From contig OY970194.1 in NCBI GenBank assembly GCA_963708075.1, forward strand, positions 1,536,001-1,600,000: a stretch of 64,000 nt of DNA. The letters are read 5' to 3'. Shown here piece after piece: positions 34,201-45,344 of the stretch. The notes under the pieces were generated by a model, which saw nothing but the letters and a program-made list of their open reading frames with translations, did no database searches and was not told the DNA's origin. This DNA is from Sedimentisphaerales bacterium. GTDB taxonomy: Bacteria; Planctomycetota; Phycisphaerae; Sedimentisphaerales; Anaerobacaceae. A program made the translations under genes and the position numbers. Numbering within the stretch: position 1 is the first letter of the stretch; each line of letters starts with the position of its first letter.

Positions 34201-35461
34201 TTGGCGCCGCTATAGTTGTCGGTGGCGCCGCTCTTCCAGCGAATCGCCTCCCAATTGTTGAAGAACGTGTTGTTGTAGATGCTGATGTTCTTCGTCTGGG
34301 CGGTCACACTGGACGACCAGAACGAAATGCCGCCCGAGTTGCCCCAGAACAGGTTATCATAGATCTTGATGGCGTCGTTGCTGTATGTGTTGGTTTCGAG
34401 ACCGAACTCGATACCTGCGTTATAGGTGCAGTCGTAGATTTTGTTGTAGCGAATCTGAATGTTCGTTGCACCTTCGATGTACTGGTTGATCAGGGCGTTG
34501 GCGTACAGGAGCGAGTTCTCGATGACGCCGTTGCGGGCCCCGCGTTTGAAGTTCACGCCTTCCATGTAGTTGGCGTAGACTTGGACGCCGCGGACGGTAA
34601 AGCCATCGATCCCTTCCATGGTCAGTCCTTCGTGGTAGGTGGCCACGCCGGGGGCGCCTTCCTTGAAACCGCCGTTGTTGTGGTGAACGGAGCAATTCTC
34701 GACGGTGATCTGCGTCGATGGAGTGCTGCCCGTCGATGCGACGATTCCACCGTCGAGGGAGTGGCCGACATCGGAGCCTCGTACCGTGATGTAGCGGCTG
34801 GTGGGCCGGATGTAGATGCCGTAGCTGGCGGACTGCGATACGTCGATGTCCTGAATTGTCACGTACTCACGACCGGCTATGTGGATGATGCCGAAGGTCC
34901 GTGTGGACGGCCGAATTGAGGCCTCGACGCCCTGACCGGAGTAGGCGCTGTCCGGATTGCTCGCGGAGTACACGTACAGGCGCCGGAGGACCAGTACCAA
35001 TCACGCGCTGTCACCAGACTGCTCGTGCCGCTTTTCTTGGTGCCGCGAACCCCGTTGAAGAAGACTTGATTGGGCGCGGCGCCCAGGGAAGCACTCCATC
35101 GGTTGCTGCCTGCGCTACCCCAATTGGTCACGAGGGCCGAGCCCTTGAGCATGGGCTTATTGCCTGTGCCGTAGGTGCCGAAAACGATCGGGCTGCCGGA
35201 CACGCCGCTCCTGGGCACGGTCAACTGTTCGCGCCAGGTCCGGCCCCGCTGGAGCAGGATGCGGTCGCCGGCGGCAAAGCCAGTGTAGGAATTGACCTTC
35301 GCCAGCGTTCGCCAGGGGGTAGTCGTGCTTCGACCGCTGTTGGCGTCATTGCCGGCTGAGGCATCGACGTAATAATCGGTGGCGAAGCATGCCGCCTGGG
35401 GCAATAGAACACACAAGACTGTTGAAACGAGATACTTGGTTTTTCCTTCGATCATTACCAT
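31299..35461 (-). CDS. Large secreted right-handed beta-helix protein with repeat modules (frameshift at ~34980)
   Basis: Signal peptide + YYVDASAGND...PWRTL; parallel beta-helix; SPCINAG...DLGAYEY; two InlB-B-like repeats; two ~140-aa duplicated domains. Confidence 0.85.
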
Positions 35462-35838
35462 ACACTCACTAAACAAATTACAGAATGTGTTTAGACGATC
35501 TCCGGGACCGCCACGTACCACACTTGGCGTACTTGCCGACTTAACTGCTTGCGCTAGCGCAGAATGCTGCTGCTACGGAGGAGTCATTTGCGAACAAATG
35601 CGATAATGAGGGCTATTTTCAGGGCCAACCATCACGTACTCTGTCATCGTCACTCAGAATGAGCCAACCAATGATCCGGTGCCGGCTGCCGCGACAGCAG
35701 GGGCCGCGCAGTTCCGTTCGCCGACAAATCAGAGTCAAATCTCAGCTCGTATTTCGTTGCTAGATTCTGTTTACCTGTTAGTCCTTCAAACTTCTTCTGA
35801 CCTTTTCTGCCACCCCATTTGACTTGTGACGGGCTGTA

Positions 35839-35867
35839 ACTCTATGATTATCGGCCGCAAGTGTCAA
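35839..35867 (-). promoter_or_regulatory. Sigma70-like promoter
   Basis: TTGACA-17nt-TAGAGT on the minus strand, ~380 bp upstream of the 35461 start. Confidence 0.5.
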
Positions 35868-36056
35868 TGCGAATTAATAATTTTTTTCGGACCAAGAAGA
35901 AAAACGATCTCTGCGCAACCGGCCAACGAGAGGCGCAGGCGCGACACGACCGCCGGACAGGCAAATGAGAATCACGCCGTCCTGGTTCCATCACGACGTG
36001 ATATTACTGAGGAGGACGCCTCTGAGCATCCCAAGGCGTCTCGGAGGACGTGGGAC

Positions 36057-36851
36057 TCAGTAGTCCCTGAACTGATTCATCCAGTCCGGCCAGACGGGCA
36101 GTCCCCGCTTGTTCAGCTCTTCAGTCCATTGCCGGTGCCACCGGAGCTGCCACAATTCCTTGAGCCCGACTTTCCGGACCGCGAAATCAAGGAATAGGCA
36201 ATTCACGAAGCCTTTGTGCCGATTCATACAGAACCGGCGCATATTGTTGCCCTCGCTGAGATTCCATTCGCCGTCGAACGTCGGCGGCTCGTCCCAGGCC
36301 TCGGGCCAGCCATCCAGGCGGTTCGCCCCCAGGAACAGCGGGACATACGCGGCGCCGGCGACGTTCTTGTTCTTCCAGTGCTTCTCCGCCCCCTGCCGCT
36401 CGTTGGTCTCGACCCAGCCGTTGATGCCATAGCTGCCGTGGTCCACCCAGGGGCCGCTGTTGAAGGACCACGCGGTGTTATTGGCGGATCCTCCGACCTC
36501 ATCCGCACGTTTCGTGGCGGACGGGCAGTAGAACAGGTCTGTATCGTTGACATCGCTGAAGTACGGGCGCAAGGCCACCGTCCAGTGATGCCCTTTGTCC
36601 AAGCCCCTCTCGAACTGGCCGTTGTGCTCGTCCGTGTACATCGAGAAGATGAGCCCCCACTGCTTGAGATTGGACATGCATGCGACGGCCCGGGCCTGCT
36701 CCCGCACGCGCTGCAACGCCGGCATCAGGATCGACATGAGCAGCGCGATGATCGCGATCACCACGAGCAACTCGATGAGCGTGAACGCGGTACGATCAGT
36801 TGTTGACGATCCAGTATTCGGTGCCGGTCTTGGTAGGCGATTCATCTCCAT
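36057..36851 (-). CDS. Prepilin-type N-terminal cleavage/methylation domain protein (planctomycete type)
   Basis: [32 protein letters not shown] and [12 protein letters not shown] motifs. Confidence 0.92.
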   Translation of the reverse strand: MEMNRLPRPAPNTGSSTTDRTAFTLIELLVVIAIIALLMSILMPALQRVREQARAVACMSNLKQWGLIFSMYTDEHNGQFERGLDKGHHWTVALRPYFSDVNDTDLFYCPSATKRADEVGGSANNTAWSFNSGPWVDHGSYGINGWVETNERQGAEKHWKNKNVAGAAYVPLFLGANRLDGWPEAWDEPPTFDGEWNLSEGNNMRRFCMNRHKGFVNCLFLDFAVRKVGLKELWQLRWHRQWTEELNKRGLPVWPDWMNQFRDY

Positions 36852-36940
36852 ACTCTCGGTTCATCGACTCCGTAGAGGTAGTGTGCATCTATTGAACTGT
36901 GTACGCGGCGCTCAACGGTCGGTGCGACATTCCAATCCGG

Positions 36941-39900
36941 CTACTGCGGCCAAAACTGCATGCTGAGCCACTGATCGGCCAACTCGGCAAAATCCCGCAG
37001 GTTCACGGACCGCGAGTTCACCGGCTCTTTCTCGTACAACTCGGCCGACGATCCGACCGGCACGTACAGCTTGCCGTCGCCTGGGGTGGTGTCCGCCAGG
37101 AGCCGGACTTCTGCCTCGGTAAGAGCCCGGTTGTAGATCCGCACGTCGTCAATGGAGCCGTTCCACAAGCGAGACGCTTTCTCTGAGTTGCCACTGATGT
37201 AAACAGGTGCGGTGTTTTTGGAGATGGCGCCGGTTGTCGCCATGGAGCCATTCAGCACACCATCGACATAGAGGCGTGCGGTCGCGCCGTCGTACGTCCC
37301 CGCCAGGTGATGCCACTGGCCGTCGTTCACAGTCGCCTGGCTAACGACTTCCAGCGACGGCGTCGGTCCATTGCACCGCCACTGGACATCATCGCCGGTA
37401 CCATCCCTGGCGATGCGCCAGGAGCTGTCGCCCTTGGTCACGATGGCCTGGTAGTTCTTGTCAAACAGATCCACGCGTATCCACGCCGCCACGGTGATCT
37501 TGTCCGCGATGGTGTCGAACTTCACATTGTTGGTGCAATCGACATAGTCATCGATGCCGTCGAACGTCATAGCCTGGCCGACGGCCCCTGCCTCATAGAC
37601 AGGCTTGCCCTGGGCGGTTCCGTTCAGGTTGTTGCCGGATGTATCGGATACGTTTCCATCGAGAGTATAGCAAGCCAGCAGGCCCGTTGTGGCGGAAGCC
37701 GCAGGTGCCGTGGGGAGCGAGGCATCGCCGACAAGCCAGTCGCTCGCCATGATCTGGACATCGAGATAATCGACCTTGCAGTCTCCGTTCAGGTCGCCGT
37801 CCGGCTGGCGCAGCGACGCGACACAACGGCTCGGATATAGCCGGATATCGTCGATGTACAGGAGGCCCGACCCGCCGTTCTCCACGCCGATCGTCAGCTT
37901 GCCGACACTCTTCATGTTCCCGCCGACGGAGGTCAGATCGATGTTCCACTGCACCCAACGAAGCGAGCTGATGTCGGCCGCCGCCCCATCATAGACGATC
38001 TTCGTGGCGTTGATCTTCACATAGAGCTGCCCGGGCGTGTTCTCTGCGGCGCCGCGGAAGTGCAGTGTCAGAGCTTTGATTCCGGCCTCGGTCCAATCCT
38101 GGGGAACAACGAAAGTGCGCTCGGCCTCGGAACGAGTCGCCCCGGAGGTGTTGTCATAGGCCAGAGGCATGGATTGCGCGCCGCCATGGACAATGACGGT
38201 TTCCATGATCGTGCCCGCCAGCGGATCGTACCCAACCAGCGCGCCCGAGCCGTTGCCTGGGTTTCCATTCGGGAAGAACGTATCGGCCGAGAAGCCGGCG
38301 CCATCAACCCACGTCTGGAACACCCTGTTCGGCGACTCGTTCGTGTAGCCTTCGAAATCATCTACGAGGAGGAACTCGGGTGTCGAGAAACTCCAGATCC
38401 GGCCCGTCCATTCGGCGGGTGTTTCCGCCGCGTTGACCTCATCGACCCGCCAGTAATACGTGCTGGCCAACTGCAGGGTCCCCGCGTCAAAGGAGGGTGT
38501 CGTCACAGTCGCCGTGGGAGCAGTCCCGTCGAGCACGGCCCCCTCATCGAGACTCAGATAGACATCGTGTTTGGCCGCCTCCCGCCCGGGACGCCACTTC
38601 AGGACTACTTCCGGACCCGCGTCCGAAGCGCCGGAAGCCGGCTGCGGTTCTCTTGCAGCCATGGGAACCTGGTAGAAGCGGACCTCGCTCAGGCCATACT
38701 GGTTCCCGCCGCCCCAACTGCTCCTGGCGATAATCCGCACGTACTTTGCGGGCACGCCGCCGAATGCAATGGTTGTGCTGTAAGTGTACCCGGCGGCGCC
38801 CGGCGCCTGGGCGAACTGCGTGCCGTCCGCCTGTGCCGTCCATGTCTGACCGTCGGTGGAGTACTCGACCACCACATCCTTCATGCCAAATCCAACGAGG
38901 CTCTCAATCGCCTGGTTGCAGTTCCAGACCCGCATCTCGTGCAGGCTATAGATTCTGTTGAATTCATACTGAATCCACGCCGGTTGCGGGCTCGTCGGGC
39001 CCACTATCCACATGTCCTTCAATTCGGTGGAGTGCCCGTCGTTCTGATCGAGTCCCGAGCCATCGATGGTTTTGCCGGGCGTCGTATCGCTGTTGATCGA
39101 GCCTGAGGCCGTGGCGAGAATTGTCGAGCCGGGGATCGGATAGGCAAATGGCTCCGTCGTGAAACGCCACACCGGGCCGGCGCTCCAGCCGGCGGCGCCG
39201 GCTTCGTCAACCCGCCAGTAATAGGTTGTGTCGTACTCGAGCGAGAACGGAAGGCTCTTCACGTCGAACTCGGGCAGGCTCACGGTGCCACGATCCGCGC
39301 CGGCCACACCATTCTTCACGTCGTCCATGGTCTTGCTGAAGTACACCTTGTGCCCGTTGATTGCCGGCGCCGTGTCGGCGGGCTTCCAACGAAGCACGGC
39401 AGCGAGGGGCACATCAACGGCCCCGTTGTCCGGCTGCGGCTCCGATGCCCGCCCCGGCGTCACCGCCACCTCGATCACAAAGCCGTTGAGGTAGGCTTCG
39501 TTGTTGTTGCCGTCGTTGTTGTCAACGAAAGTGATGGTCACACTGTTCGTCCCATCGGAGCGGAATGTGAAAGAGCTGTTGCAGACAAAGGCGGGCTTGG
39601 GACCCCATGACTGCTGTAGATGGTCCGCCGCAAGTCTCGTGCCATCGGCATCTTTCACCGTGATATTGAGCGTACCATCATCATTCTTGACGTCCTCCTT
39701 CGGGTCGTGATGCCAGCCCTTGAACACATAGACGCCGGGGGCCAGCCCTTTGATCACCATGTCGAACGCATTGCTTGACTTGAAGGCATCCTCCAGCAGG
39801 TCATGCAGCGGGATGGCGTCGTTCACCTGGGCCCGGTTGCGGCTGTCGATCTTGACGAAATCAATGGTGAAATCATCATCGAACTCCGCCTGCTTGAGGA

Positions 39901-40069
39901 ATTGCTTGGACACGTTGGCGCCGCCCAGCCGGGTGCCGCCGGTGTTCCAGTCGATCCAGCCCGCTTCAACGTCCCCATTTTGGGACAAATCCACTTGGAA
40001 TGGCCCCGCAGAAGCGACAGACACGGCCAGCAATACAAGGGAGAAGATGGTCAGCAGTTTATTCGACAT
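36941..40069 (-). CDS. Secreted multidomain protein (discoidin, LamG-like jellyroll, dockerin-like remnants)
   Basis: Signal peptide; YYWRVDE repeats, GLSEVRF, DGQWHHLAGTYDG...IDDVRIYNRAL and GDLNGDCKVD motifs. Confidence 0.88.
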   Translation of the reverse strand: MSNKLLTIFSLVLLAVSVASAGPFQVDLSQNGDVEAGWIDWNTGGTRLGGANVSKQFLKQAEFDDDFTIDFVKIDSRNRAQVNDAIPLHDLLEDAFKSSNAFDMVIKGLAPGVYVFKGWHHDPKEDVKNDDGTLNITVKDADGTRLAADHLQQSWGPKPAFVCNSSFTFRSDGTNSVTITFVDNNDGNNNEAYLNGFVIEVAVTPGRASEPQPDNGAVDVPLAAVLRWKPADTAPAINGHKVYFSKTMDDVKNGVAGADRGTVSLPEFDVKSLPFSLEYDTTYYWRVDEAGAAGWSAGPVWRFTTEPFAYPIPGSTILATASGSINSDTTPGKTIDGSGLDQNDGHSTELKDMWIVGPTSPQPAWIQYEFNRIYSLHEMRVWNCNQAIESLVGFGMKDVVVEYSTDGQTWTAQADGTQFAQAPGAAGYTYSTTIAFGGVPAKYVRIIARSSWGGGNQYGLSEVRFYQVPMAAREPQPASGASDAGPEVVLKWRPGREAAKHDVYLSLDEGAVLDGTAPTATVTTPSFDAGTLQLASTYYWRVDEVNAAETPAEWTGRIWSFSTPEFLLVDDFEGYTNESPNRVFQTWVDGAGFSADTFFPNGNPGNGSGALVGYDPLAGTIMETVIVHGGAQSMPLAYDNTSGATRSEAERTFVVPQDWTEAGIKALTLHFRGAAENTPGQLYVKINATKIVYDGAAADISSLRWVQWNIDLTSVGGNMKSVGKLTIGVENGGSGLLYIDDIRLYPSRCVASLRQPDGDLNGDCKVDYLDVQIMASDWLVGDASLPTAPAASATTGLLACYTLDGNVSDTSGNNLNGTAQGKPVYEAGAVGQAMTFDGIDDYVDCTNNVKFDTIADKITVAAWIRVDLFDKNYQAIVTKGDSSWRIARDGTGDDVQWRCNGPTPSLEVVSQATVNDGQWHHLAGTYDGATARLYVDGVLNGSMATTGAISKNTAPVYISGNSEKASRLWNGSIDDVRIYNRALTEAEVRLLADTTPGDGKLYVPVGSSAELYEKEPVNSRSVNLRDFAELADQWLSMQFWPQ

Positions 40070-40337
40070 GATGCTCCTCCTTCCACTCGAAAGACCCCAA
40101 CTGTTCAAACAAGACGATCGCTCCGTGAATCGGCTGGACCGAAGATGATACAGGATCGGCGGCGATTTCCGGCACAACCGTGCTACCCACCTCGGCCTTC
40201 AACCAGGTCTCCATTGAAGGCCGGACACCAATACTTCACATAATATCACAATCGTGGCCGCCCCGCAACAGAAAGTTGACCCCGCGATGGCGGCACAGTA
40301 CCATACGGACTTTCGAAGTGGCTATGGAGTGCAATCG

Positions 40338-41414
40338 ATGACGAATGTGACGTTGATTACCGGAGACGGCATCGGGCCGGAAATCGCTCAGGCAGCCCGG
40401 CGGTGTATCGATGCTACGGGCGTGAAGATCCAGTGGGAAATCGCCGAGGCGGGCGAGGACGTGATGGCGCGGCTGGGCACCCCCCTGCCGGATGCCACCG
40501 TCGAGTCGATCAAGAAGAATGGCGTGGCTCTCAAGGCCCCGATTACCACGCCCGTCGGAACGGGCTTTCGCAGCATCAACGTGTACCTGCGGCAGAGCCT
40601 GGACCTGTACGCGTGCCTGCGGCCGTGCAAGAGCTATAAAGGCGTCCGCAGCAGGTACGAGGATATCGACCTGGTAATCGTGCGGGAGAACACGGAAGAC
40701 CTGTACGCCGGCATCGAGTTCCAGAAGAGCCAGGCCGATGCGCTGGAGCTGATCGACTGGCTGAACAAGCACAGCAAGCGCAAGATCTCGCCGGACTCCG
40801 GCATCAGCATCAAGCCGATCTCTGTCGCTGCCACCGACCGCATCGTGCGCTTTGCGTTCGACTACGCTCGCAAGAACGGCCGGCGGAAAGTCACCAGCGT
40901 GCACAAGGCGAACATCATGAAGTTCTCCGACGGGCTCTGGCTGGAAGTGAGCCGGCAGGTGGCCAAGGACTACCCCGACATCGAGTTCGAGGACCGCATC
41001 GTGGACAATATGTGCATGCAACTCGTGCAGAAGCCCGAGTTGTACGACGTGCTTGTCCTGCCGAACCTGTACGGCGATATCCTGAGTGACCTTTGTGCGG
41101 GACTTGTCGGCGGGCTGGGCGTCGCCCCAGGCGCGAACATCGGTCTCAAGGGTGCGATCTTCGAGGCCACGCACGGCAGCGCCCCGAAATACAAGGGGCA
41201 GAATAAGGTGAACCCGACGGCGCTGATCCTCAGCGGCGTGCTGATGCTGCGGCACCTCGGCAGGACCGCCGAGGCGGACAGGCTGGAGAATGCGGTCGCC
41301 CAGGTGATCGCAGAGGGCAAACGCGTCACGTATGACCTGAAGCCGGACCGCGATGACCCGACCGCCGTCGGAACCAGCGAGATGGCCGACGCCATCATCG
41401 AGAGAGTCAAGTAA
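40338..41414 (+). CDS. icd: Isocitrate dehydrogenase (isocitrate/isopropylmalate dehydrogenase family)
   Basis: [42 protein letters not shown] and HGSAP motifs; TTGACC-17-TACCAT promoter at 40276-40304. Confidence 0.85.
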   Translation: MTNVTLITGDGIGPEIAQAARRCIDATGVKIQWEIAEAGEDVMARLGTPLPDATVESIKKNGVALKAPITTPVGTGFRSINVYLRQSLDLYACLRPCKSYKGVRSRYEDIDLVIVRENTEDLYAGIEFQKSQADALELIDWLNKHSKRKISPDSGISIKPISVAATDRIVRFAFDYARKNGRRKVTSVHKANIMKFSDGLWLEVSRQVAKDYPDIEFEDRIVDNMCMQLVQKPELYDVLVLPNLYGDILSDLCAGLVGGLGVAPGANIGLKGAIFEATHGSAPKYKGQNKVNPTALILSGVLMLRHLGRTAEADRLENAVAQVIAEGKRVTYDLKPDRDDPTAVGTSEMADAIIERVK

Positions 41415-41416
41415 CA

Positions 41417-41524
41417 TCAAAGATCAAAATGCAAAAGTCAAAGGTGTGGACTCGCCTTCGGCGATGATCTTTTTTGATCTTTGATATGTGGTTTTGACTT
41501 TTGGTCCTCGATATTTGATCTTTT
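41417..41524. repeat. Inverted heptamer-repeat element (ATCAAA/TTTGAT type)
   Basis: atcaaagatcaaaatgcaaaagtcaaa...tttgatctttgatatgtggttttgacttttg. Confidence 0.7.
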
Positions 41525-41538
41525 GCCGGGAGGCGGCT

Positions 41539-42093
41539 ATGGCCAAGAGAGTGTTGGTTCCAATTGCAGATGGGACAGAAGAGATCGAGGCGGCGTGCAT
41601 TATCGACACGCTACGTCGGGCCGGCGCGGAGGTCACGGTCGCATCGGTCGACGGACTTCAAATCACCGCCAGCCGGGGCATGAAGATCGTGGCCGACGCA
41701 AGGATCTCCGACTGCGTGAATCAGACCTACGACTGCATCGCTTTGCCGGGCGGCATGCCGGGGGCCGAGCACCTCAGAGATTCCACACCGTTGATAGAGT
41801 TGCTCAAGAAGCAGAAGCAGGCAGGCCGCTTGTACGGAGCGATCTGTGCGTCGCCGGCAGTCGTGCTGCAGCCGCACGGACTGCTGCCAAAGACGCGAGC
41901 AACCTGCTTCCCCGCCATGCGAGGCAAACTGGACCCAGCCTATGCCTCCGATGAGGCTGTGGTCGTCGACGGCCATTGTGTGACGAGTCAGGGCCCGGGT
42001 ACGGCCATCGCCTTTGCACTGAAGCTGGTCGAACTGCTTTTCGGAGCCGGAAAGGCCCGGGAGGTCGCCGATGCCATGCTTGTGCAATCATGA
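41539..42093 (+). CDS. DJ-1/ThiJ (YajL-like) family protein
   Basis: GTEEIEA, LPGGMPGA, AICASP and TSQGPGTA motifs. Confidence 0.95.
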   Translation: MAKRVLVPIADGTEEIEAACIIDTLRRAGAEVTVASVDGLQITASRGMKIVADARISDCVNQTYDCIALPGGMPGAEHLRDSTPLIELLKKQKQAGRLYGAICASPAVVLQPHGLLPKTRATCFPAMRGKLDPAYASDEAVVVDGHCVTSQGPGTAIAFALKLVELLFGAGKAREVADAMLVQS

Positions 42094-42149
42094 TTTATGA
42101 TTTGCGATTTACGAATCGACGATCATAGAGCCAAGGTGGGAATCACCAG

Positions 42150-43235
42150 TTGAATCAAGAGACGTACCGCAATCTCGTGTCGGGGCACACATCGGGCCTG
42201 CGTGCTCTCGTTCTGCGCGTGCTGTTCATCCTCCTTTCCTGGCCGTATTTGCTGGTCGTTCGGTTGCGCAACGGCCTGTATTCAGCGGGCCTGCTCCGGG
42301 CGCACAAAGTCGCTACGCCGGTGATCAGCGTCGGTAACCTGACCGTCGGCGGCACGGGCAAGACGCCGCTCGTCGTGTGGCTGTGCCGAGCCATGCGGCA
42401 GCGACAACGGTGCTGTGCTATCCTGACTCGCGGGTACAAGACGCAAAAGGGAGAGTTGTCCGATGAGCCTGCCATGCTCGCCGCCCGATGCCCGGACGTG
42501 ACCGTTATCGTCAATCCGGACCGTGTCGCCGGGGCAAAGCAAGCCATCGGCGAGCACAGTGCCCAGGTGCTGCTCCTCGACGACGGCTTCCAGCATCGAC
42601 GGCTTGCCCGCGACATCGACATTGTGACGATCGATGCGACGGCGCCTTTCGGCTATGGTCGATTGTTGCCGGCAGGGTTGCTGCGAGAACCCATCGCCGG
42701 GCTGCAAAGAGCCAATGCTGTGGTGATCACCCGCTGCGATCAGGTCTCCGAGGAGAGCCTGGCGCAGATTGAAGGGCAGGTGCGCCGGATCAACCCGAAC
42801 GTGGTCATCGCAAGGGCTGTGCATGCCCCCGTCAACGCCGCCACCTGCGGAGGTGCGGAGATCGGCCTGGAAGAGCTTCGGGGCAAGCGGGTATACGCCT
42901 TCTGCGGCCTGGGCAACCCCGAGGCATTCTTTGATACGATCCGCCACATAGGCTGTGTGCTGGCCGGATGCTGGAGCTTCGACGACCATCACGCGTACAC
43001 GCGCGAATGCCTCAGCGAAATCCGCCGGCAGGCCGGCGAGCACAACGTCGATTACATCGTAACCACGCAAAAGGACTGGACCAAAATCGCCCGGCTGGCG
43101 CCGCGGGAGAATGACCCGCCGATGGCTTACCTGGCCGTTGAGATGGAGTTCATGACCGGCTCTGAGCAGTTGACCGCCTTGATTGATCGCGTTCTCGACG
43201 GTAGAATACCGCAGTTGCACAGGTCCGGGAAGTAG
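42150..43235 (+). CDS. lpxK: Tetraacyldisaccharide 4'-kinase
   Basis: SVGNLTVGGTGKTP, RGY, DDGFQH, LLPAGLLREP, FDDHH and TTQKD motifs. Confidence 0.96.
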   Translation: MNQETYRNLVSGHTSGLRALVLRVLFILLSWPYLLVVRLRNGLYSAGLLRAHKVATPVISVGNLTVGGTGKTPLVVWLCRAMRQRQRCCAILTRGYKTQKGELSDEPAMLAARCPDVTVIVNPDRVAGAKQAIGEHSAQVLLLDDGFQHRRLARDIDIVTIDATAPFGYGRLLPAGLLREPIAGLQRANAVVITRCDQVSEESLAQIEGQVRRINPNVVIARAVHAPVNAATCGGAEIGLEELRGKRVYAFCGLGNPEAFFDTIRHIGCVLAGCWSFDDHHAYTRECLSEIRRQAGEHNVDYIVTTQKDWTKIARLAPRENDPPMAYLAVEMEFMTGSEQLTALIDRVLDGRIPQLHRSGK

Positions 43236-43261
43236 GAAGCATTGCGATCCGGTTGTCGTGT

Positions 43262-44749
43262 ATGTATGAAAGACTGCTGAAAACGATAGGGAATCTTGGC
43301 TCGCCGAGGATTGTGGTCGTCGGCGACTTTGGGCTGGACGTGTACGTGTACGGCGACGCCGTGCGCATCAGTCCGGAGGCTCCCGTGCCGGTTCTCAAAG
43401 TGACGCAGACGGAGTACCGGTGCGGCGCAGCGGCGTCCGTGGCCGCCGACATCGCGGCTTTGGGGGCGACCGCCATCTGCATCGGCGTCATCGGGCAGGA
43501 CGGCCATGGCGAGATTCTCCGGGAAAAGCTGGTCGCGTGCGGGGCCGACACATCCGGACTCTTCGAAGTGCCCGGCCGCCCCACTATCACAAAACAAAGG
43601 CTCATCGGGCTGGCCCAGCACAGGCACAAGCAACAATTGCTGCGAATCGACCAGGAGGCGATAGAGCCCCTGCCTTCCGCCGTCGGTGACCAGATTCTGC
43701 AACATTACGAGCAGTGCCTGGCACAGGCGGATGTGGTGTGCCTGCAGGACTGCAACCAGGGCCTGTTGGGCCCGGCGATGTGCACCCGAATGATCGAGCT
43801 GGCGCGGGACGCCGGCCGCAAGGTGGTCGTCGATCCGGCCCTCGGCCGCGAGTACTCGCAGTATCGCGGCGCCACGCTGCTGACCCCCAATCGCCAGGAG
43901 GCCGCGGCCGCTGTGGGATTCGCCATAGAGACCCCCTCCGATGCAGCACGGGCCGCCCGACGGCTCCTCGATGACTTGGCGCTTGACGCCGCCGTGATCA
44001 CTCTGGACAAGGAGGGCGCATGGCTGGCGACAAAAGATGCGAATGAACTGGTGCCGGCCCGAGCGCGCAACGTCTATGACGTGACCGGCGCCGGCGATGT
44101 CATTCTGGCGACCCTGGCGGTGAGCCTGGCTGCTGATAGTGACTACCTGACCGCCCTGCATCTGGCCAACATGGCAGGTGGCATCGAAGTCGAGAAATTC
44201 GGGACAGCGACCGTGACCGTCTCGGAAATCGAGCATGAGATCGTCGCCCAGTACGGCGTCGGAAACACCAAGCTGCGGTCCCTCGACACCTTGCTGGAAG
44301 AGCTGAAATGGCGTCGCAGCCGGGGCCAGATGATCGTGTTCACCAATGGCTGCTTCGATGTGATCCACCGCGGGCACATCGATTACCTGCGGTTCTGCCG
44401 GGCCCAGGGCGACGTGGTCGTCGTCGGCCTCAACAGCGATAGTTCCGTCCGCGCCCTCAAGGGCCCGGAGCGGCCGATCAACAACCAGTACGACCGGGCT
44501 GCCGTCCTCTCGGGCCTGGAGACGGTTGACCTGATCACGATTTTCGACGATCCCAGCGTGCTGGGCCTCGTCAAGCAGGTCCGGCCGGATGTCCTGGTCA
44601 AGGGCGGCGACTGGGGCGGAAAGCAAGGCGTCGTCGGCTGGGAGTTCGTAGAATCCTACGGCGGCAAGGTGATGCTCGCCCCGCTCGTCGAAGGCAAAAG
44701 CTCGACCTCCACCATCGAGAAGATGAAGGCACTGAGGACCAAGACGTAA
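43262..44749 (+). CDS. hldE: Bifunctional heptose 7-phosphate kinase / heptose 1-phosphate adenylyltransferase
   Basis: RISPEAPVP and DVTGAGD kinase domain plus FTNGCFDVIHRGH transferase domain. Confidence 0.96.
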   Translation: MYERLLKTIGNLGSPRIVVVGDFGLDVYVYGDAVRISPEAPVPVLKVTQTEYRCGAAASVAADIAALGATAICIGVIGQDGHGEILREKLVACGADTSGLFEVPGRPTITKQRLIGLAQHRHKQQLLRIDQEAIEPLPSAVGDQILQHYEQCLAQADVVCLQDCNQGLLGPAMCTRMIELARDAGRKVVVDPALGREYSQYRGATLLTPNRQEAAAAVGFAIETPSDAARAARRLLDDLALDAAVITLDKEGAWLATKDANELVPARARNVYDVTGAGDVILATLAVSLAADSDYLTALHLANMAGGIEVEKFGTATVTVSEIEHEIVAQYGVGNTKLRSLDTLLEELKWRRSRGQMIVFTNGCFDVIHRGHIDYLRFCRAQGDVVVVGLNSDSSVRALKGPERPINNQYDRAAVLSGLETVDLITIFDDPSVLGLVKQVRPDVLVKGGDWGGKQGVVGWEFVESYGGKVMLAPLVEGKSSTSTIEKMKALRTKT

Positions 44750-45329
44750 TGGGCGGCATCGACCAGAGCAGGATCCGGGAGACACTGGATACCCATAAGA
44801 AGATGGTGGCGGAGTTTGAGCGTTCGGCCATCGATGTCCTGATCGCTGCATCGGAAGCAGTCGTGGAGACCTTCCGGAAGGGCGGCACGCTGTACCTCTG
44901 CGGCAATGGAGGCTCGGCCGCCGATGCCCAACACATTGCGGGCGAGATGGTAGGCCGATTCAGAACGGAGCGGCGGGCCCTGCCGGCGATGGCCTTTTCC
45001 ACCGACACCTCGGTGCTGACCTGCGTGGCAAACGATTATTCCTACGATGACGTTTTTGCGCGCAGGCCGAGGCACATATCAAGCCGGGGGACGTCCTGTG
45101 GGGCCTGTCCACGAGCGGCGCCTCGCCCAACGTCCTCAAGGCCGCGGAGGTCGCAAAACGCAAAGGCGCCCGCGTCATCGCCTTCACTGGCAAAAAGGAC
45201 AGTAAACTGCAGTCGCTGGCCGATATATGTCTGTGTGCAGACGCGCAGGTGACGGCGCGAAGCCAGGAAATCCACCAACTGGCGTACCACATCATCTGCG
45301 ATCTCGTGGAACAGTGTTTCTGTGAATGA
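44749..45329 (+). CDS. gmhA: Phosphoheptose isomerase (1-bp deletion at ~45062)
   Basis: CGNGGSAADAQH, ANDYSY, then LSTSG and SQEIH in the shifted frame. Confidence 0.93.
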
Positions 45330-45344
45330 CGGGTGCACGAGGCT

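Noticed and set aside
35500..35830. c-di-GMP or other known riboswitch
   Set aside because: I could not find the consensus elements by eye; the region is kept only as an unassigned long leader.
34975..45065. Frameshifts in the beta-helix gene (~34980) and gmhA (~45062) as phase variation
   Set aside because: They are single-base deletions in short GC runs with no long repeat tract; likely assembly errors.
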